Position numbers and translations under genes: made by a program. From IMG/VR virus record IMGVR_UViG_3300015607_002835, positions 6,976-70,975 of that record: 64,000 bases of DNA; one strand, 5' to 3'. Under the pieces are notes generated by a model that searched no databases, was not told the DNA's origin, and was given only the letters and a program-made list of their open reading frames with translations. This document shows positions 1 through 10,533 of this stretch, piece by piece. Each line of letters starts with the position of its first letter. The stretch's first letter is position 1. Origin of the DNA: a virus (lineage: Duplodnaviria; Caudoviricetes).

Positions 1-233
1 TGGGTCATAGCGATATCGATGATAGATTCTGGCGCATCAACTTGAAAACGCTCAATTCTTGTGTAGTTTTCCGCATCATGCAATCTAACACCTCCACCGT
101 CTTGGGTAGCTAATGCGCCAAACAGCTTACCATTCGGTAAAACAAAATCAACATGTGATGCCCAAGACCAAGTGAAGAATTGGATAGCTTTTGATGAAAT
201 GTGTTTAGTGGTGCTAAATTGTAAAGTGATCAT
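1..233 (-). CDS. Putative permuted papain-like amidase (YiiX/NlpC-P60-like); 3' end runs off the window
   Basis: Not in ORF track. ATG at 233 gives MITLQFSTTKHISSKAIQFFTWSWASHVDFVLPNGKLFGA, open to the window edge; the WxSHV motif is typical of permuted NlpC/P60 proteins. Confidence 0.45.
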   Translation of the reverse strand, partial: MITLQFSTTKHISSKAIQFFTWSWASHVDFVLPNGKLFGALATQDGGGVRLHDAENYTRIERFQVDAPESIIDIAMT

Positions 234-234
234 T

Positions 235-666
235 TTACTGTCCTGGAGGAGTGTTTGCAATAATTTGCGAAGCTCTTCCGGCAGCTAATAGTCCTACTTG
301 TTCCAAAAACTGAATACCAGCGGATACGTCAGGTAGATCAAGTTGAACCTCACCGGAAACTTCCAAATCTTTCATGATCGTCGAAAGCACTGCTTTGTTT
401 TGAGCAGAAATATTTGGATTCATCGCGAAGTTATCAATATTTACACGCTCGGTGAAAGTAAACAATTTTCTGAACTGGTACTTAGTGAGCACTCGTTCAG
501 GTAGGGCGTTAGGATTTGCAGCAATCCATGTGTCTAGGACAGACTTTGGTGGGATTGGCTCGCCACTGTCCCACACCAAGTTTTCATACACTGATCCGTC
601 ATCGGTTGAGTGGCATTGAACAAGAGGAAATCCGATGCTGATTGCGCTTAAGTAAGAATGAGACAT
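235..666 (-). CDS. Hypothetical virion/tail-associated protein
   Basis: 143-aa ORF, tightly coupled to neighbours in a structural-looking operon. Confidence 0.5.
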   Translation of the reverse strand: MSHSYLSAISIGFPLVQCHSTDDGSVYENLVWDSGEPIPPKSVLDTWIAANPNALPERVLTKYQFRKLFTFTERVNIDNFAMNPNISAQNKAVLSTIMKDLEVSGEVQLDLPDVSAGIQFLEQVGLLAAGRASQIIANTPPGQ

Positions 667-1301
667 TATGAGTACTCCGAAATTCTAATAGGGGTTGTGG
701 TAGTTCCACCGTTGCTTGCGCCAGCGTTCGTCTGGTTCAAGTACCAAGTAGCGCTAGCGTTTACTCCAAGTCTAATAGTGTAGGTAACTGGAGAAAGAGT
801 GTTTGGTGTATCAAACGCCTCAATGTTTAGGTTGACAGGTCTACCTGCAGTAACGTTAGTGACGTTTGAATAGACACAAAGGTTATCCCTAAATAGTGCC
901 ACCCCAACGTTGCGGTTGCTGGTATTGCTATCAACCATGAACGTCGCGCTGAAGCTGAATTTAGATGACAGTGATAACGGCGTTGTGGTAAACGAGGCAA
1001 TTTGAGCGCCTTCAGTAATCAGCGGCAAGTTATTGTCGAGCGTAAGCACGGAGGTTCCCGACATTCTGCCAACAAGAATGAAGTGGGTTTTGAGAGCTTG
1101 ACCTACGTCCTGAATGAATTGCGACACGCTTACTTGGTTGATCAACGCGTCTAGTTCGGCCTTCGTTGGCTTCGCATTTCCATTAAGGCTGAATACGATG
1201 CTGTCATAATTTTCAGGGTCAGAATACCCTAACACCGCTAAAGACGGATAAAACTGCTTTAGCACAGTGATGTAGTTGATTTCGTTATACTCAAATCGCA
1301 T
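666..1301 (-). CDS. Putative tail fibre-associated protein
   Basis: 211 aa, T/S/N-rich beta-type C-terminus. Confidence 0.5.
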   Translation of the reverse strand: MRFEYNEINYITVLKQFYPSLAVLGYSDPENYDSIVFSLNGNAKPTKAELDALINQVSVSQFIQDVGQALKTHFILVGRMSGTSVLTLDNNLPLITEGAQIASFTTTPLSLSSKFSFSATFMVDSNTSNRNVGVALFRDNLCVYSNVTNVTAGRPVNLNIEAFDTPNTLSPVTYTIRLGVNASATWYLNQTNAGASNGGTTTTPIRISEYS

Positions 1302-1306
1302 GGCTA

Positions 1307-2167
1307 TTATCCGTAGAAGTTAGGAGATTTGTTTTTGGTCGTTAAACCAGTTGATTGGTAATGCAAATCGACAGTGAACAGGAACGGCGCTGCCGAGCTT
1401 CCACCGGTAATGGTTGGAATAGTGACCACGTTGTAGTTGATCAAGAACAGGCCGTCAACTTCAATGTTGTTGGTGTTTATTCTTCCGCCTGCCCCACCGG
1501 CTGCTGAAAGTTGGATTTCATCAACACGATGGATGTACTGTGGAGAGTTCGTAATGTTGAGCGATGGAACGTTCAGTGATAGTGTCAATGGAGAAGAGAA
1601 AGCTATTTGATTGTGCCCCTTCGCATAGGTGACAGTGAAATCAACTCTAAACGCACCAGAAATGTTGGTGCCGTTATGACCCCAATGCACGTGAATGAAC
1701 AAATCCGTGCCTGGTGCGTAGTCATGCGGAACGTGGAAACGTGTATCTCCTTGATCGTTTGCAATGTACGAATATTCTCTGATTGACCCAACAAAGTTTC
1801 TTAGTGTCGGCGCATTGGTTCCGCCAGTTCACGGAGTGACATCACCAGTAAGGTCATGCCACCCATAGGAGTTTTCAATTTTTATCCCGATACCTGATGT
1901 TTTTGGAAAGCTCAACGACCCTAAAATGTTATCGCCCGCTTTATTGAGAGGGACAAAACCTAAATTATCAATTATCTGTTGGTATGATCCTGCAGCCCCA
2001 GAAGATGCTGCAACCCAACTTGAGCCATTATGCACCATTAATCCATCGGTGGTATGGAAAAATAGTTCGCCAATATTTGGATTTATTGGGTACTCAGCCC
2101 CATGGGCCGCCGTCAGATTTTTAACATCTGATCCTTCTGAAAGTGTAACGTTTCCATAAATTTTCAT
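1307..2167 (-). CDS. Virion structural protein interrupted by one in-frame TGA (1829-1831); readthrough or nonsense allele
   Basis: Track ORFs 1829-2197 and 1307-1702 share a frame and only the TGA separates them. Likely ATG at 2167 (AGGA upstream). The N-terminus (LSEGSDVKNLT..P..GELF) resembles that of the 33810 fibre protein. Confidence 0.65.
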
Positions 2168-2438
2168 TATTTTCCTATTAACGCCTGCCAGATACATCTA
2201 TGCAACTGCAGGTCGTCACACAGAAATATAAAATACCTGGTATTTATTTAGAAAACGTCAAAATGGTTCTTTAACATATCCACCATTAAGGATAACGAAA
2301 CGCTCGATTGATGCAAAACTTAATTTAGATTCAGTAAATTGAGCGAGCTTATTATTAAGCAATCGATGCTTAATAATTGGAAAAACGATTGTGATACGCT
2401 CATTATTGAGCGTAACGATTTCAGAAACAAATTGCATT

Positions 2439-2957
2439 TTACGCACGATGTCCTAGATATTCTTTATAGATACGGAGGAAAATTTTACGATCAAATGTAG
2501 TGGAACCCACATCACGGTGAAGATCGAGAATTTCGTCTAACATATAGATATTTTTATCTTCGTCTTCAACTATCATTCCTTTAGATACACCAAACTTTTT
2601 GTTGTGTAGTTTAACTGAAGCGACCTTTACCTTTTTGCTTTGTTCGAATTTTTCGTGACCTTCTTCAACTTCTTTGGTAGCAAAAACTGTGATGGTGTCA
2701 TGCGGTTGTGGGAGGTGGATTTTACGTTTCACTCTTCCCATAGCGTTGAAGGTCTTATTAGACGAAGAGAATTCTACTCGAACACCATTGATCTTTTCAA
2801 TATCAAAGAAATATATCGTGATAAAACCAGAAGATTCGCCTTCAGATTTGCAGTAAACCGCAGGGCCTTTAGTCTTAAAGTTGTTGTAACCAGCAACTTG
2901 AAGTTCTGCTCCATCTTTTGTTTCGATGTTGTCATTTGGTAGAGGGACGATAATCAT
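2439..2957 (-). CDS. Hypothetical protein
   Basis: 172-aa ORF on the coding strand. Confidence 0.5.
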   Translation of the reverse strand: MIIVPLPNDNIETKDGAELQVAGYNNFKTKGPAVYCKSEGESSGFITIYFFDIEKINGVRVEFSSSNKTFNAMGRVKRKIHLPQPHDTITVFATKEVEEGHEKFEQSKKVKVASVKLHNKKFGVSKGMIVEDEDKNIYMLDEILDLHRDVGSTTFDRKIFLRIYKEYLGHRA

Positions 2958-3472
2958 GATTAAATCTGAAATACGTTGATTTCCACATTCTTAATAAAGT
3001 TTTTGTGGAATTTGTTAACACGGTTTTGAAGCTTATCGCTCAAATCTTTTTGTCTACCTGGTTTGCGTTCTTCATCATGACATGAGCAGTAGAAATTGAA
3101 GGTGATACCATTCTCTCGTTTGATTTCAACCTTTTCGATTTTTACTGACGCTAATTCTTCCTCAGCGGAATGAATTACGAAATGCTCAATATTGTCATCA
3201 AGACCGTAGATGTCATTGATTTTCATCTTCGATTTCGTCGATTAGGCTTTCGGCTTCAATTTCTTCAAGTTCACGAAGATAACTTTTGAAGCTAATTCTT
3301 TTAGCACGGTTGTCTTGCATTTCAGAACTTTCGTTAAAACGTCTTTTGTTGTTCTTGAAACGAGAAATAATCTTCTTTTGCTTAGCAAGGTAGCCGTCGC
3401 TATTAACGTTTTTGGATGACATGTTAGTCAAAACTCCTGCGTTGAAACATATTTTATTTATCGAAAACTGAC

Positions 3473-4315
3473 TTAAGATGTCAATTTTATAAAAGGTTTT
3501 ATTTTTCCTTGGGTGATTCGCTCTATAGCAAGCATATCCCTTGTTATTTTACCGTGGTAAATGCATTTCGCTGTAGTTCTGTCAAAGAAAATAAAGTCAT
3601 GGTTTCCTATTGGGGAATTTACTACACTATCAAAATATCTATCTTCGATTTCCTTAAAGTAGCTTGGAGTTTTCGTTGAGGCCTTATCCATGGCCTCTTG
3701 AATTTTTCTTGCAAAATCAATATCAGATCGCTTGCAGATTTTTGTATTACCGACATAAACATCACCGTTAATTACTTTGAGATTGATCGTAAATTCATCA
3801 ACGTTCAACGCAATTTTACGTAGCTCTGTTATTTTTGTTCTGGTAATTTCGAGTTCGTTCTCTAGTAATGCGGGATTATTGGTATGGTTTACGAAGTTTC
3901 GAACTTCAAACAGGAACTGATGATTCGGTTCGCTAGCATCAGCACCAAATCTAAAGTCGTAATACCAATTGGGTTTATTTGAAGGTCTGACGGCTTTCAC
4001 TTCAGCTAAAGGTTTACCATCAACATGCGCGTCAATTTGCGATTTAAACCCGGACAGGGCAAGATTATCGCAAAGAAAATATAGCAGAATTTCCCCAGGT
4101 CCAAAACCAGTGATGGACATATTTAGAAGCTTTTTTGACTCTAAGGGAAATGATTCAACGAAAAGATTTATTTTGTCTGGGATATTAGGAAGAGAAGGAT
4201 TAAAAAAGAATCCTTCAACTTCCCAATTTTCCAGTCCTAATGCACTTATTATTTTTCTTCTTATTTCTGCCTTATTTTCAACCGACATAAAGTCAGATGA
4301 ATTAAAGGTGTGCAA
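3473..4315 (-). CDS. Hypothetical protein, possible PD-(D/E)xK nuclease
   Basis: GPGE...IDAHVDG..AEVK pattern. Confidence 0.35.
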   Translation of the reverse strand: MHTFNSSDFMSVENKAEIRRKIISALGLENWEVEGFFFNPSLPNIPDKINLFVESFPLESKKLLNMSITGFGPGEILLYFLCDNLALSGFKSQIDAHVDGKPLAEVKAVRPSNKPNWYYDFRFGADASEPNHQFLFEVRNFVNHTNNPALLENELEITRTKITELRKIALNVDEFTINLKVINGDVYVGNTKICKRSDIDFARKIQEAMDKASTKTPSYFKEIEDRYFDSVVNSPIGNHDFIFFDRTTAKCIYHGKITRDMLAIERITQGKIKPFIKLTS

Positions 4316-4326
4316 TTTTTAGTTCT

Positions 4327-4956
4327 TTATGCTAGTTGCTCGATGCGCTTACGAAGGTCAGCAACCTTTTTGTCGTAAGAACGGCCCCAAGTTTTGATGC
4401 TAGATAGAAGTTTTCTACCGATTGAACGTGCAAACTTTAGGATTGCGTCAATAGAGAAGTCTTCTTTTAGGTCGACGCGAAGTTGAGGAGCCTTAGCGAC
4501 TTTCAACTTTTCTTCGACCTGGGTATTTGCTTCGATGATTTCATCGATCTTGTCCTTTAGACCTGGGACTAGAGCGGTGATGTCTTTGATGATCTGTTCG
4601 TAGTTGACTTTTTCGGTCTTCTCAATAGAATCTGGTTGGCGCTTACCAATCAAAATAGTCATTGAGCAGGTTTCAACAATACGAGTATAGATTTCATCAG
4701 CTGCGTCAAAGAATTCGATTGCTTCTTCTTTGATTTCAGCGTTTAGCTTATCAGTTGCTTTTGATAGCTCATCAGTCTTTTCTTTGAGTTCCTTAAACTG
4801 TTTTGCAAGTTTAGTGAACTTACCAGATTCGTTGCCAGATAGAGCAACGGTGACTTTATCAATAGCACCTTTAGATTTTTTCTCGGTGTAAGGTAGGTCT
4901 GAACGACGTGCTTCGGTTAGCAGGTCTAGAACCAAATCGGCGATTTTCTTTTCCAT
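4327..4956 (-). CDS. Hypothetical coiled-coil protein, possible internal head protein
   Basis: 209 aa, K/E-rich, N-terminal LLTEA. Confidence 0.4.
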   Translation of the reverse strand: MEKKIADLVLDLLTEARRSDLPYTEKKSKGAIDKVTVALSGNESGKFTKLAKQFKELKEKTDELSKATDKLNAEIKEEAIEFFDAADEIYTRIVETCSMTILIGKRQPDSIEKTEKVNYEQIIKDITALVPGLKDKIDEIIEANTQVEEKLKVAKAPQLRVDLKEDFSIDAILKFARSIGRKLLSSIKTWGRSYDKKVADLRKRIEQLA

Positions 4957-5318
4957 GGAGTCCTCAAGTTAAAAGATGGGTTAACCTGAGGATATTTATT
5001 ACATTTCGCCTGGCTCATCATCCCAATCGTCGTTTACCCCACAACTTTTAACTTGATCCCAAAGGATCATTGTTCCATCTGGTAGCCAATCACCAGTATG
5101 GAGATACGAACAGTACGCGCCATCATAATGTCCTTGATATTCAGCATACTCTTTGGGTAACGGCCCATGAATTTTCTCTGAATAATGCTCCCAAAACGGG
5201 CAACACCTAATTTTCATACGCCACCCATAAGTTGGACATGTTTCAACACCCAATGAAGTGTAGCAGTATGGGCCTTGCGGAATTAGGGATTCTGCCCGTA
5301 TGAGAGGATATTCAGTCA

Positions 5319-6503
5319 TTAACCGTTTCCAGAGAAAGAAAGAGAATCAAGTTGAATTCGCATTGCGCTTGTGACGCAGCCGATTACGTACGGCTTTTTG
5401 CCGAGATTTTGGATAACTTCAGCAGGAACATCAAGAGTGGCAAACTGTTGGCCGTCTACTACAGCTGTTAGTTTAGATTCGGCATACGTCAAAACTAAGC
5501 TGAAGAATGGTCCACTCGTTGGAGATTCAGCAACTTCAGGAGCGACAGCAGGAGTACTTAAATTTGCGGTCGAAACTTCTTTAGCTTTAGAGACCAGCTC
5601 TGGTGAAGACACATTAAACTTGCACATGTTCGGCGTGACGTTTGAGATTCCACCGGGTAACGAGGAAACTGAAGACAAAATACTTGACTTGGTGTTTCCA
5701 GATGCTGATCCAAGTATTGAGCTTGCTGAGCTCTTTAGGCTATCAACTTTAGATGTCAGGTCTTTCAATGTTTCAGGCGTAACCATAGAAGAAAGAGCAC
5801 CTGTAACAAATCCAACTTTACTACCCAACGATGCGAGTTGTGTAGACGCCGTCGAAATCGCACTATTGACCGCCGTTAAAGCTGCTTGGCCTGCTGCAGA
5901 AATTACTCCATTTGCCGCTGAGTTTGCAGAGGTTATGAGCTTATTGAAAAAATCTTTGCTTGACGTTGAACTTAGCCCAGTGCTGCTAAAAATCCCATCG
6001 CTATTAGTGTTTTGAACTTCAGCATCTTTCGAAAGTTTTCCGTCCTCAGTGACGTACGGTTCATACGATAGAATTGACGGAGGAAAATAAGCATTCACTG
6101 ATCTAAACGATTCAAGAGTCCCGTTTACTGCACCAAATGAGTTGTCTTTACCACAATAAATCGCGCAAATAGATGAGGTAACGTCAATTATATCCGGAGA
6201 ATCTGAAAATGGCTGATTTAGTATCCCAAAATAAGCAACATTGCCATTTTCAGGTTTACGTCCATCGGCCGCCTTCTTGAATCGAATATTCATAGTCCAA
6301 GAAGTTAGCTTGGATATTGGTGCCCCTTGAAGGTTTAAGAATACACCGCCATCCTCGTTAATTTTCAGAACTCCCCAGTATTTTTCGTCTGGACCAATAC
6401 CTTCAAAATCTTGATTTGTCGAAATGTTGAAGACATTAAGCTCTTGGAACGTCTTGATGCTTTTCTGGCTGAAGTCTTCAGCCATTGAAAAATTGATACT
6501 CAT
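5319..6503 (-). CDS. Hypothetical protein with S/A low-complexity middle region
   Basis: ATG at 6503 overlaps upstream stop (ATGA). Confidence 0.5.
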   Translation of the reverse strand: MSINFSMAEDFSQKSIKTFQELNVFNISTNQDFEGIGPDEKYWGVLKINEDGGVFLNLQGAPISKLTSWTMNIRFKKAADGRKPENGNVAYFGILNQPFSDSPDIIDVTSSICAIYCGKDNSFGAVNGTLESFRSVNAYFPPSILSYEPYVTEDGKLSKDAEVQNTNSDGIFSSTGLSSTSSKDFFNKLITSANSAANGVISAAGQAALTAVNSAISTASTQLASLGSKVGFVTGALSSMVTPETLKDLTSKVDSLKSSASSILGSASGNTKSSILSSVSSLPGGISNVTPNMCKFNVSSPELVSKAKEVSTANLSTPAVAPEVAESPTSGPFFSLVLTYAESKLTAVVDGQQFATLDVPAEVIQNLGKKPYVIGCVTSAMRIQLDSLSFSGNG

Positions 6504-6952
6504 TCTGGAATCCAAACAAAGTGATTAAAACCGTCGAGTTGCTCATCAATAATTGGAGCAATCTCATTCCAGTCTCCGCCGCCCAACCCGGCACCAATCA
6601 TTGGGTAATTAATGGTTTCGATTTCAAGTTCTTCGGCGAGTTTTCGAACAATACCGAAAGCTACACGAATTGCGTGGTAGCTAACATATCGTTTACCATC
6701 ACCACCATAAAACTCTTGGGTGATAGCATTAGCCACGTAGCGACCTGGAAGAACCATGACATTGATAACTTCACCTAGCTTGAGACCGTGTTCCTCGTGA
6801 TGACGGAGATATTCATAGTAGGCGGCCGGAAAATTGTTGCGAACTACTCGTGCTACCCCACTTCCCATGACGCCCTGAGCATTACACCCATGGACGACCA
6901 TGGAATTTGGGTAGAGGAAAGAGTCGAAGACGTCTCCCTTAATAATTTCCAT
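6500..6952 (-). CDS. Macro-domain (ADP-ribose processing) protein
   Basis: IIKGD, VVHGCNAQGVMGSGVA, PMIGAGLGGGDW motifs. Confidence 0.85.
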   Translation of the reverse strand: MEIIKGDVFDSFLYPNSMVVHGCNAQGVMGSGVARVVRNNFPAAYYEYLRHHEEHGLKLGEVINVMVLPGRYVANAITQEFYGGDGKRYVSYHAIRVAFGIVRKLAEELEIETINYPMIGAGLGGGDWNEIAPIIDEQLDGFNHFVWIPE

Positions 6953-7472
6953 CTTTATTCCTCGTCAGCGTGAGTGTGCATTACTGGGATTTCTGGAGTA
7001 TCTGAATCATCAGCATCATGACGATGCATATTGATTGGCACTGCTTCGAAGAATTCATTCTCGATTGCGTGTAATGCCGCAACGACTCGTTGTTCAAAGG
7101 CGACAAAGTTGTCGAGACAATTAGTGACGTTGAAATCCTTGACGTTGATGAAGAACGATGAATGCTTATTCTTGATCTTTTGATCAAACTTTCCATTCCA
7201 ATGAACAATGATAGGAGAATCCTGTAGACTCTTAAGCTCGATTAGGTAACGAATATCGCCAAGAATACTGCGATATGGATAGATCACCAAGTCGTTTCCT
7301 AGTTCGATGGCGCCTTCAAACTTGTCGAAAAGCTTGTAGTGTGCAAGAGTGTAAAACACCTTAGTAGAAAGTGAACGAATTAGAGATTCAGATAGAGAAT
7401 CAGTGATTCGGAATTTCTCTCCTTGGAGACGTTCCTTGATAACAGGTGAGCTGTGGCTGAATAGCATGGACA

Positions 7473-7931
7473 TTATTTTTCCTCGTTTAGAAGGTTAGCA
7501 ATATGTTGAAGATCAGAAATCGGGGTCTCATTTGCGCGACCACCATTTTGTTTAACCATCACCGCAACTTTGCTAAGAGATTTGACTTGGTCCTTATTAA
7601 ATTCAAGATCACCATCCTTATCCAAAAATGCAAAGACCGTTTTCTCTGGTCGCTTATTGCTGTCATCAATAACTTCAGCAATCGAGTAAACTCCAGTCAT
7701 TTTAGGAGTGATAACATACAAACAGAAGTCACAATCTTCTCGCTCTTTGAGCTCTTGTTTGTAGGCTTCTTCTGTCCAATCGGGGACAACTGGATCAAAG
7801 TAGTCGATTGTCAACAAGGGTTTAAGGGTATCGCGCCATGCTGATTCATTGCAGGTGCCACCTAGGAAGACTTTCTTTTTACTGTTGAATTTCTTCTTTA
7901 GTTGTTCTTCAGATAGTTCTATCATTTTCAT
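7473..7931 (-). CDS. Nucleoside 2-deoxyribosyltransferase-like (NDT) protein
   Basis: VFLGGT..WR, YFDP, SIAEV motifs. Confidence 0.7.
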   Translation of the reverse strand: MKMIELSEEQLKKKFNSKKKVFLGGTCNESAWRDTLKPLLTIDYFDPVVPDWTEEAYKQELKEREDCDFCLYVITPKMTGVYSIAEVIDDSNKRPEKTVFAFLDKDGDLEFNKDQVKSLSKVAVMVKQNGGRANETPISDLQHIANLLNEEK

Positions 7932-8093
7932 TTGCTAGCTTTATTAGTTGGTAAAGGATTGGAGCATTGTATGGATTTCCATTGCATTTCGCGTAGATTT
8001 CCTCAGCTTCTTCATCCGTGATATTTGGATTTTGCTCTTTTAGAAGTTCGAGAGCAATCTCAAAATTGAGAATATGTCCAAGAACTTCTTCCA

Positions 8094-8966
8094 TTACACC
8101 GCTACCGGAATCTTCATGAATGGGTGGCAAACATAATCTTCAACGATCAGATCGCCAACTTTGAAATCATCGATATCAGAAACTTCACGGGTGATTTTGA
8201 TCTTCGCAGTATTTTCCAATTCAGGACGTTCAAGCATTTCGTTCATTTTTTCGATTTGATTTTCGTAGATATGAACATCAACACCCGACCAAACAAGCTT
8301 GCCAACTTCTAGACCTGTAACATGAGCAAGCATGTGAGCAAGCATCGCGTAATTGGTAAGGTTAAATGGCAAGCCGATAGGAACATCAACAGAACGTTGA
8401 AGAAGATGTAGATTCAACTTACCGTTTACCACGTTACATTGCCAAGTCATATGGCAAGGCGGTAGTTGCATTTCGCTTAGATCAGAAGGATTCCAAGCAG
8501 TGACAATCATTCGACGATCAGTTGGATTAGTTTTGATGGTGTTGATTAGATTGCGCACTTGGTCGATTTCTTCAACACGAACTTTTGCGTCAAAGTACGT
8601 TGCACCACCTTCAGGATGATTCAAGTAATCCTTATGGCTAACAACTTTAACTTTCTGCCAGTTACGCCATTGAACCCCATAAACTGGACCAAGCTGAGTA
8701 GTTCCAGGGCGAACCCAAGAATCCCAAATCTTGACGCCATTTTCTTGAAGGAATGAGATGTCTCCAGTTCCCTTCAGATACCAAAGTAGTTCAATGTAAG
8801 CGGCTTCCCAATTGGTCTTCTTTGAGTTGACGATTGGAGTTTCTTTTTGAAGGTCGTAATGGAGTTGAGCACCAAATAGTGAAATGGTACCAATTCCGGT
8901 ACGGGTATTTGGTTTGTACTCACCGTTTTCTAGGACATTTCGGACTAGGTCGTTGTATGATTTCAT
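8094..8966 (-). CDS. thyA: Thymidylate synthase
   Basis: RTGIGT, LGPVYG.QWR, LPPCH, QRSVDVPIGLPFN (Asn, dUMP-specific), HIYENQ. Confidence 0.95.
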   Translation of the reverse strand: MKSYNDLVRNVLENGEYKPNTRTGIGTISLFGAQLHYDLQKETPIVNSKKTNWEAAYIELLWYLKGTGDISFLQENGVKIWDSWVRPGTTQLGPVYGVQWRNWQKVKVVSHKDYLNHPEGGATYFDAKVRVEEIDQVRNLINTIKTNPTDRRMIVTAWNPSDLSEMQLPPCHMTWQCNVVNGKLNLHLLQRSVDVPIGLPFNLTNYAMLAHMLAHVTGLEVGKLVWSGVDVHIYENQIEKMNEMLERPELENTAKIKITREVSDIDDFKVGDLIVEDYVCHPFMKIPVAV

Positions 8967-9093
8967 TTATCTACCTGCAATCATGAATGAGAAGATTCTT
9001 TGGAGGGTTTTTCGTCTGACTCGATTGTCGAATGGACGCTTTGACGAAGAATTCATTCGCCAAAAGTTTCGACAAGACTGAGCCTTAGTCAGT

Positions 9094-9636
9094 CTATTGC
9101 GTTTCATTTTTTATTCTTGTGAATACTTCAATGAGGAATGAGCAAGATTTGTGGAAGTGGAATCCAAATCCTGTTGAGGGAGAACGATCTGCATTTCCTG
9201 CCACATTCAAAACTTGAACTTGGTGCTCTATCAGGAATTCGTAAAAAGCTGCAGCCGTTTCTCTTATATATGCTTTATCGTTGTGCAAATTCAGGTTAAC
9301 ATCGAAATACGGTTTGTCATATTTTCGAATGAACTTGAGAGTGCACAATTCTCCTGGCGAACCAAAATTCGTAGCAAGACGAATTGTAGCATCTCCAGTT
9401 TTAGCATTTAGTCCCGTTCTCGCTTGATAGTTTCGTTGGACGGTTTCTTCCAGACCGAACATATCACGTAGGATGTCGGGTTTATTTCCTGCTAGGGTAC
9501 GAAAACCTTGAGGTGCGAAGCCTCCTGTCTGGAATCCACAAGCCTTAGCAGCAAATAGACCAGCTTGGTCGGCTCCAGTTTGACCACCAGAAATGACGGT
9601 CCTCAGGCGAGGAATGTTTTCGTACTCGATCAGCAT
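9094..9636 (-). CDS. SLOG superfamily (cpYpsA / putative MoCo-carrier-like) protein
   Basis: VISGGQTGADQAGL, RT.LN...GDAT, LNVAGN. Confidence 0.75.
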   Translation of the reverse strand: MLIEYENIPRLRTVISGGQTGADQAGLFAAKACGFQTGGFAPQGFRTLAGNKPDILRDMFGLEETVQRNYQARTGLNAKTGDATIRLATNFGSPGELCTLKFIRKYDKPYFDVNLNLHNDKAYIRETAAAFYEFLIEHQVQVLNVAGNADRSPSTGFGFHFHKSCSFLIEVFTRIKNETQ

Positions 9637-9720
9637 TTTTATTATTTTTATCGCTGGGGTGATTCACAGGAAATCACCCGGTTTCATTTGTGCTCAGTGA
9701 GATGATAGGAACATCATCTC

Positions 9721-10533
9721 TCAGCGCATCACATTGATCAACGCATTGAAAATTTTACGACGATCAACAGCGTACATACCTGCACAGTTGATGCAGTTGT
9801 ACTCAATAAGGACTAGAGAGCCATCATCAAGCTTTGCAAAATCTGCTACGTACGCAGAATGAGGCTCGTAGTAATCCCTTATGACAGCAAGAAACTCGTT
9901 GAGTTGTTGACGCTCAAAGTCCGAAGGAACTTCATAAGTAACCTTTGTTCCGATTTTGTAGATAGAAGAGTCAACAATCTTTCCATTCACAACAAAATTT
10001 CTGTACTCTTTCTCGATCTTTCTCAAAGGAGAGATCATAATGACCTCATCATCTGGATTATCAGAGAAATTGGAAGAAAGCTGGTGAGAATAGACTTCCT
10101 CATAAATCGTCTTACCCTTTGGGACGATCAGACCAGCAAAAGCTTTAAGGTCTTTGGAGGGTTTGACGAACATTTCTTCCTTCATTGGGAAGTCTTTGAG
10201 ATAGCCAAATTTACCAAATGTTGCGTGGCCATTCAGCAGCAAATCCTTAGGGATGACGCGAGAATAGAACAATTGGTTAAACATGTCTTCGTCGTACCAA
10301 ACGACGGCTTCTCTTGGTAGGAAACCCTTCTGCCAAAGGTCGATCACCTTCACTGAACCGTGCATGATGACCTTATCGTAATTCGCAAAGTCTTCGATTC
10401 CAGTCATCTCAGTCGTAAATGGGATGATACCAAAATAAATTGGCTCGATACCAATCTCGCGAAGAGACATCTGAAATTCTAGAAGCTCTTCTTCGCGGGT
10501 GCAGTTCAACTGGATGCCGACACCGATTTTCAT
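9721..10533 (-). CDS. ATP-grasp protein (DUF4343/R2K-like)
   Basis: FVKP..DLKAFAG, EYRNFVV, YVADFA, LIEYN. Confidence 0.7.
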   Translation of the reverse strand: MKIGVGIQLNCTREEELLEFQMSLREIGIEPIYFGIIPFTTEMTGIEDFANYDKVIMHGSVKVIDLWQKGFLPREAVVWYDEDMFNQLFYSRVIPKDLLLNGHATFGKFGYLKDFPMKEEMFVKPSKDLKAFAGLIVPKGKTIYEEVYSHQLSSNFSDNPDDEVIMISPLRKIEKEYRNFVVNGKIVDSSIYKIGTKVTYEVPSDFERQQLNEFLAVIRDYYEPHSAYVADFAKLDDGSLVLIEYNCINCAGMYAVDRRKIFNALINVMR

